DNA of 63,899 bases, filler included. It is 5 parts of 5 records of this genome, joined end to end, with 100 filler letters (N's around TTAATTAATTAA, not from the genome) between each part and the next. Parts side by side here need not be neighbours in the genome. Positions count along the whole stretch, not along the records: positions 58,552 to 63,899 come from SRR31156797_6464; 4 more parts are not named here. One strand, 5' to 3'. The position numbers and the translations under genes are program-made. The notes under the pieces are model-generated. The model searched no databases. It saw nothing but the letters and a program-made list of their open reading frames with translations, and was not told where the DNA came from. How positions within the stretch are numbered: position 1 is the first letter of the stretch; every line of letters starts with the position of its first letter. Positions 59,304 through 63,899 of the stretch are shown here, piece by piece.

Positions 59304-61388
59304 ATGAAGGATATTATCCTGTTTGGAAGAAAGATAAGCGTACGTTTAGAGACTGTAAATTCGAAAAAAAAGAAGAGAGTTAAAATATCTGATAAAAGAG
59401 TATTCAATGGTAGAACTAATTTTATATTTTTAATTTTCTTAGTTTTTGCTATCAGTAGTCAGTTATATTTATTTAATGTTAAAACTTTGAGAATTGGTGA
59501 AAAATCTAAAAAAAATATAATTGCTCCAACACCAATGAAGTTTAATGATGAAAATAAAAAAAGAAAAGTAATTGAAAATATCTTGGAAAATTCCGAAGGT
59601 GTTTTTATAAGAAGTCAATCAGTTGAAGCGAATGCTTTTTTAGAACTTCAAAACTTTTATAATACTTTTATGACTTTTGAAAAGGCAAATGTTATTGAGT
59701 ACCTGACTATAAAAATGCCTGATTTAGAATTTAGAACTCTGAGGAAGATAGCAGATATTACTGAAATTACAGTAAAAGAAGCTCTTAAAGAGGAAACTAT
59801 TCAGCAGATGAATGGTTTATTTAATGAGGGGATAAAAAGTACTGAAAAGACGCTTGAGTTAAGAAAGGAAGCATTAACTGGCGAAGAACCTTTGAGTTAT
59901 ATAATTGCACTTCAATTTGCCAGACCAAATATGCTATATGATTACTCAAAAACTGAGAAAAAATTTGAAACAGAGATAGCTAATATAGAAGATATGACAG
60001 TATCAATTGATGCTGGTGATATCTTAGTAAAAAAAGATGAAATTATAACAGAAGAGAAAATGGCTCTTTTGGAAAGATTTGGTTTATATAGTGTTACCAC
60101 GAATTTTAAAATATTTGTCGGGACTATTCTTTATACAATAACTCTTTCAGGGTTGTTCTTTTTAATCCTAAAAGAAACGCAGAAATCAAGAATACTTAAT
60201 AGAAATTATTATTATTCTACTTTAATAATACTATTAATTGTTTTGACAGTTACAAGACTTGTATCAAATCAACTAATATGGATTATACCTTTTGAGGCAG
60301 TTGCTCTTTTACTGGGAATATTAGTCAGTATGAGTTATGCACTGACTTTTAGTGTATTTATGCTTTTATATCTATTTCCGTTAATTGGCTTTAATTATCT
60401 ACTATTTACAGTGAGTATGTTCTCGATGATATTAGTAGTTAATTCTATTAAAAGTGTAAAAAACAGAACAGATTTAGTTAACGCAGGAATCTATATCGGA
60501 CTTACAAAAGTTCTTGTGGGAACTGCACTATTTTGGATAGCAAAAAAAGAGTTTTTCTTTATTATATTTACTGGTGTGGAGCTTTTATTATCCGGTATTT
60601 TAGCAGGAATGATAACAATTGCTTTACTTCCATATTTTGAAAACTCATTTAATATATTAACAAAACTTAAATTAATAGAACTTGGTGATCTGTCACATCC
60701 TTTACTTAGAAAGATGTCATTAGAGGCACCCGGAACTTTTAACCACTCTATGCTTGTGGCGACTCTTTCTGAGCAGGCAGCCGAAGCAATTGGAGCAGAT
60801 TCGACTTTTACCAGAGTTGCGTGTTATTATCATGATGTGGGTAAAATGAAAAGGCCGAATTTTTATGTAGAAAATCAATCTAACGGGATCAATCCGCATA
60901 ATACTTTAACACCAACTTTAAGTACCATTATTATTAAAGCACATACTAAAGATGGACAGGAGATGGGTAAAAAGTTTAAAATACCTGTTGAGATAAGAAA
61001 TATAATGGCAGAACATCAGGGAACAACACTATTAGCATATTTTTATAATAAAGCTAAAAAAGAGAATCCTGAAATTAATGAAAATGACTTTAGGTATGAC
61101 GGGCCTAAACCGAGAAGTAAAGAATCAGCAGTTATTATGCTTGCTGATTCGATAGAGGCCGCAGTGAGATCATTAGATGTAAAAAATCCTATAACTATAG
61201 AAAAAATGATAAGAAAAATCATAAGCGGTAAAATGGATGATGGTCAATTATCAGAAGCTGATCTTACTCTTAAAGAGTTAGAGATAATAATAAGTACATT
61301 TGTTAAAACTTTACAGGGAATTTATCATAGCAGAATTAAATATCCTGATCAGGAAGATGTAAGAAAAAAAGTAGAAGAGATTAGATAA
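59304..61388 (+). CDS. pgpH: 7TM-HD phosphohydrolase, PgpH-type (cyclic-di-AMP phosphodiesterase family)
   Basis: Extracellular domain, multi-TM region, APGTFNHS, YYHDVGK, EHQGT, FRYDGPKP and MLADSIEAA; upstream of ybeY as usual for this family. Confidence 0.85.
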   Translation: MKDIILFGRKISVRLETVNSKKKKRVKISDKRVFNGRTNFIFLIFLVFAISSQLYLFNVKTLRIGEKSKKNIIAPTPMKFNDENKKRKVIENILENSEGVFIRSQSVEANAFLELQNFYNTFMTFEKANVIEYLTIKMPDLEFRTLRKIADITEITVKEALKEETIQQMNGLFNEGIKSTEKTLELRKEALTGEEPLSYIIALQFARPNMLYDYSKTEKKFETEIANIEDMTVSIDAGDILVKKDEIITEEKMALLERFGLYSVTTNFKIFVGTILYTITLSGLFFLILKETQKSRILNRNYYYSTLIILLIVLTVTRLVSNQLIWIIPFEAVALLLGILVSMSYALTFSVFMLLYLFPLIGFNYLLFTVSMFSMILVVNSIKSVKNRTDLVNAGIYIGLTKVLVGTALFWIAKKEFFFIIFTGVELLLSGILAGMITIALLPYFENSFNILTKLKLIELGDLSHPLLRKMSLEAPGTFNHSMLVATLSEQAAEAIGADSTFTRVACYYHDVGKMKRPNFYVENQSNGINPHNTLTPTLSTIIIKAHTKDGQEMGKKFKIPVEIRNIMAEHQGTTLLAYFYNKAKKENPEINENDFRYDGPKPRSKESAVIMLADSIEAAVRSLDVKNPITIEKMIRKIISGKMDDGQLSEADLTLKELEIIISTFVKTLQGIYHSRIKYPDQEDVRKKVEEIR

Positions 61389-61405
61389 AAAATTATATAA
61401 GCGAG

Positions 61406-61595
61406 ATATTAAAATAAATTTTAGTTTCTTTAATATATTTTTTCATCAAAAACTCTTAAAGCGTGAGTATTTGACTCAAAATATAAAAGAAACAAAAAAA
61501 TTGAAGGAATATTAAAATAAATATTAATTTCTTTAATATATTTTTTCATTAAAAACTCTTGAAGCGTGAGTGTTTAACTCAAAATATAAAAGAAA
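61406..61595. repeat. Two direct copies of an 87-bp AT-rich structured element (103-bp period)
   Basis: 61406-61492 versus 61509-61595, six mismatches by eye. Confidence 0.92.
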
Positions 61596-61628
61596 TACAA
61601 TATTTATTTTAATTTAGAAGGAGTGTAC

Positions 61629-62105
61629 ATGCATATTACAGTTGACATTACTAAAACAACTCAGGATTTTGATAGAATGGTAGATATAAGTACTATCGAA
61701 GATTACGCTAAAATAGTACTGTTGGATGAGTATGAAAGTGAGAAAGATATTTACGTTTCACTTTTATTAACAGACAATGCAACAATTCAAACAGTTAACA
61801 GAGATTACAGAGGAAAAGATAAACCTACAGATGTAATATCATTTGCATATTTAGAAGTAGAAGAGGTAATTGACGCACCGGTTGAAACATTAGGTGATAT
61901 TGTAATTTCACTTGAAAGAGTAGAAGAACAAGCTAAAGAGTACGGACACTCATTTCAAAGAGAGCTTTTTTACGTATTAACTCACGGAATTTTACATTTA
62001 TTAGGATACGACCATATTCAAGAGGAAGACAAGAAAGTTATGCGTGCAAAAGAGGAAGAAATTCTTTCCAAGCACGGGTATACCAGGAGTAACAACGAAG
62101 ATTAG
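61629..62105 (+). CDS. ybeY: rRNA maturation endoribonuclease YbeY
   Basis: NRDYRGKDKPTDVISF, LGDIVIS and HGILHLLGYDH motifs; AGGAG SD before the ATG at 61629. Confidence 0.96.
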   Translation: MHITVDITKTTQDFDRMVDISTIEDYAKIVLLDEYESEKDIYVSLLLTDNATIQTVNRDYRGKDKPTDVISFAYLEVEEVIDAPVETLGDIVISLERVEEQAKEYGHSFQRELFYVLTHGILHLLGYDHIQEEDKKVMRAKEEEILSKHGYTRSNNED

Positions 62106-62808
62106 AGAACATTCTATTATAGATTCGTTTAATTTCGCAATAGAGGGAATTATTAATGCAATAATTAGTGAACGGCATATGAAGATTCATGTTGTTGCCA
62201 CTATTGTTGTTATACTAGGAGCATTATTTCTCAGAATGAACGTTCTGAGTATAGCCCTATTATCATTTGCAGTTTCATTGGTATGGGTGACAGAGCTTAT
62301 TAACACAGCTGTAGAAGCGCTGGTTGATCTGCTGAAGCCTGAGAAGCATCCACTGGCTAAAATTGCCAAGGATGTAGCAGCAGGAGCTGTATTCGCAGCT
62401 ACAGTTAATGCAGGTTTGGTTGGATATTTATTATTCATTAATCATCTGCGAAGTAGTTCGTATACATTGTTTAGAGCACTAAAAAGTTCGTATTTTCATA
62501 CTGTTGCTGTAATCTTTGTAATTGTGGCAATATTAGTAATTGCACTTAAGTCCATTTTTAAAACAGGTACACCTCTTGAGGGAGGGAAACCGAGTGGGCA
62601 TAGCGCCCTAGCATTTTCAGCATGGGTGGCAATATTAGTAACAAGTGATAATATTGTAATCGTTGCTTTAGCATTTTTTATTTCGGTTTTGGTGGCTCAA
62701 TCTAGAATAAAAAACGGAATTCATACATTCAAGGAAGTTATTTACGGAGGGGTTCTTGGTGCAGGTGTAACCTATGCCTTGCTAGCACTGCTACAGCTTC
62801 AAAATTAA
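62095..62808 (+). CDS. dgkA: Diacylglycerol/undecaprenol kinase (DgkA/UdpK) fused to a PAP2 phosphatase domain; start uncertain
   Basis: SFNFAIEGI, ELINTAVEALVD and AKDVAAGAV kinase motifs; GGKPSGHS and SRIKNGIH PAP2 motifs. The SD points to ACG at 62095; GTG at 62044 is the alternative. Confidence 0.88.
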   Translation, partial: TKIREHSIIDSFNFAIEGIINAIISERHMKIHVVATIVVILGALFLRMNVLSIALLSFAVSLVWVTELINTAVEALVDLLKPEKHPLAKIAKDVAAGAVFAATVNAGLVGYLLFINHLRSSSYTLFRALKSSYFHTVAVIFVIVAILVIALKSIFKTGTPLEGGKPSGHSALAFSAWVAILVTSDNIVIVALAFFISVLVAQSRIKNGIHTFKEVIYGGVLGAGVTYALLALLQLQN

Positions 62809-62816
62809 GGTTAATC

Positions 62817-62864
62817 ATACTATATATCGTGTGTTCGGATAACGAAAAGCACAATATATAGTAT
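62817..62864 (+). promoter_or_regulatory. Tandem NrdR boxes
   Basis: ATACTATATATCGTGT (62817) and GCACAATATATAGTAT (62849) fit acaCwAtATaTwGtgt, are 32 bp apart, and lie upstream of nrdD. Confidence 0.88.
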
Positions 62865-62872
62865 TTTTTTTA

Positions 62873-62901
62873 TTGACAAGCATAAGCTGATGGGTTATAA
62901 T
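62873..62901 (+). promoter_or_regulatory. Consensus sigma70 promoter of nrdD
   Basis: TTGACA-17-TATAAT. Confidence 0.9.
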
Positions 62902-62918
62902 TTTAATGAAGATAAAGC

Positions 62919-62959
62919 TTTGCATAAATCGCCTATCGGTGAGCTATGCAAATTTTTTT
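62919..62959 (+). terminator. Terminator-like hairpin in the nrdD leader
   Basis: TTTGCATA-aa-TCGCC-tatc-GGTGA-gc-TATGCAAA followed by T7. Confidence 0.6.
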
Positions 62960-63030
62960 ACGAAAAATTCGCGGGTATGACGGGGAGTTATTTATTGCGG
63001 AGATAAAACTTATAAAGGAGTTAAGTGAAT

Positions 63031-63899
63031 ATGATTGTAATAAGAAGAGATAATACAGAAGCTAATTTTAATATTTCCAGAATCAAAGAAGCTATTCAAA
63101 AAGCATTTGAGGCAACTCACTATAGTTTTACAGATGGAATGATTGAAATGATCTCACTTAGAGTTACAGCTGATTTCCAATCAAAGGTAAAACATGGGAA
63201 AGTTTATCTTGAGGATATTCAGAATTCAGTAGAAAAAGTATTAATGGATGTAGGTTATCTTGAAGTGGCTAAAGCATATATTTTATATAGAAAACAAAGA
63301 GAAAAATTAAGAAATCTGGGGAAAACAGCCTTAGACTATAAAAACGTAGTAAATTCTTACTTAAAAGAAGCTGACTGGAGAGTTAAAGAGAACTCAACAG
63401 TAACATACTCAATCGGAGGACTTATACTTCATAATTCCGGTGCAGTAACAGCAAATTATTGGTTATCAGAAGTATATGATGACGAGATTGCACAAGCACA
63501 TAAAAACGGTGATTTCCATATCCATGACTTATCTATGTTATCAGGATACTGTGCAGGATGGTCATTAAGACAATTAATAGAAGAGGGATTAGGAGGAGTT
63601 AACGGTAAAATTACTTCTTCTCCGGCAAAACATCTTTCAACTTTATGTAATCAAATGGTTAACTTCTTAGGAATTTTACAAAATGAATTTGCCGGAGCAC
63701 AGGCATTCAGTAGTTTTGATACATATTTAGCAGCATTTGTTAAAAAAGATAACTTATCACTTAAAGAAGTAAAACAATGTATTCAATCATTTGTTTACGG
63801 AGTAAATACTCCAAGCAGATGGGGAACACAAAGCCCGTTTAGTAACATTACTCTTGACTGGACACCTCCAAAAGATATTGCTGAAGATTATGCAATTGT
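63031..63899 (+). CDS. nrdD: Anaerobic (class III) ribonucleoside-triphosphate reductase with ATP-cone, 3' truncated
   Basis: Missing from the ORF track; manual translation gives MIVIRRD..EDIQNSVE..AKAYILYR (ATP-cone), DWRVKENS, HIHDLS, YCAGWSL, QNEFAGAQ and PFSNITLD. Confidence 0.95.
   Translation, partial: MIVIRRDNTEANFNISRIKEAIQKAFEATHYSFTDGMIEMISLRVTADFQSKVKHGKVYLEDIQNSVEKVLMDVGYLEVAKAYILYRKQREKLRNLGKTALDYKNVVNSYLKEADWRVKENSTVTYSIGGLILHNSGAVTANYWLSEVYDDEIAQAHKNGDFHIHDLSMLSGYCAGWSLRQLIEEGLGGVNGKITSSPAKHLSTLCNQMVNFLGILQNEFAGAQAFSSFDTYLAAFVKKDNLSLKEVKQCIQSFVYGVNTPSRWGTQSPFSNITLDWTPPKDIAEDYAI

Noticed and set aside
61406-61595. Tandem repeat as a CRISPR array or type III antitoxin
   Set aside because: Only two 87-bp units with a 16-bp gap, and no cas or toxin gene adjacent.
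62817-62872. Inverted repeat plus T-run as the dgkA terminator
   Set aside because: Better explained as two NrdR boxes 32 bp apart, though a dual role is not excluded.

Overview
This window is not one locus. It is five contigs joined by artificial 100-nt spacers (N44-TTAATTAATTAA-N44) at 8232-8331, 30277-30376, 39036-39135 and 58452-58551, so gene neighbourhoods only have meaning within a contig. Taxonomic labels below are inferences from composition and gene style. (1) 1-8231, GC-rich and probably spirochaete: MBL hydrolase, metA, UvrD/Rep helicase, DUF368, stand-alone homocysteine methyltransferase domain, M28 peptidase, DUF362. (2) 8332-30276, GC-rich and spirochaete-like: a flavinylated lipoprotein reductase (UrdA-like) with a YesM/YesN-type two-component system, then two adjacent sugar-utilisation clusters, each with its own GntR-LacI regulator and palindromic operators (GH63-like, GH36, GH38, GDPD, histidine phosphatase). 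(3) 30377-39035, Desulfobacterota-like: RelE/ParE toxin-antitoxin pair, PNP, sigma54-driven lytic transglycosylase, split kinase pair, nadK, miaB, a diguanylate cyclase and a dif site. (4) 39136-58451, Desulfobacterota-like: a type II secretion cluster (gspG-H-I-J-K-L-M-C-D-E, with gspF convergent) transcribed divergently from three signal-peptide proteins. These are a small fibre-like protein, a duplicated Ca-binding protein ending in a lone YD repeat, and a >1600-aa SpvB + 7-bladed propeller + RHS fusion. Mirror-image 23-bp sites lie between the two operons. This is the best candidate for an under-described system: T2SS-exported Rhs/Tc-BC-like cargo with no TcA in view. (5) 58552-63899, AT-rich and Fusobacteriota-like: dinG, pgpH, an 87-bp structured tandem repeat, ybeY, a dgkA-PAP2 fusion with a likely ACG start, and nrdD with tandem NrdR boxes and a terminator-like hairpin in its leader. 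All calls were made by eye from motifs; no searches were run.
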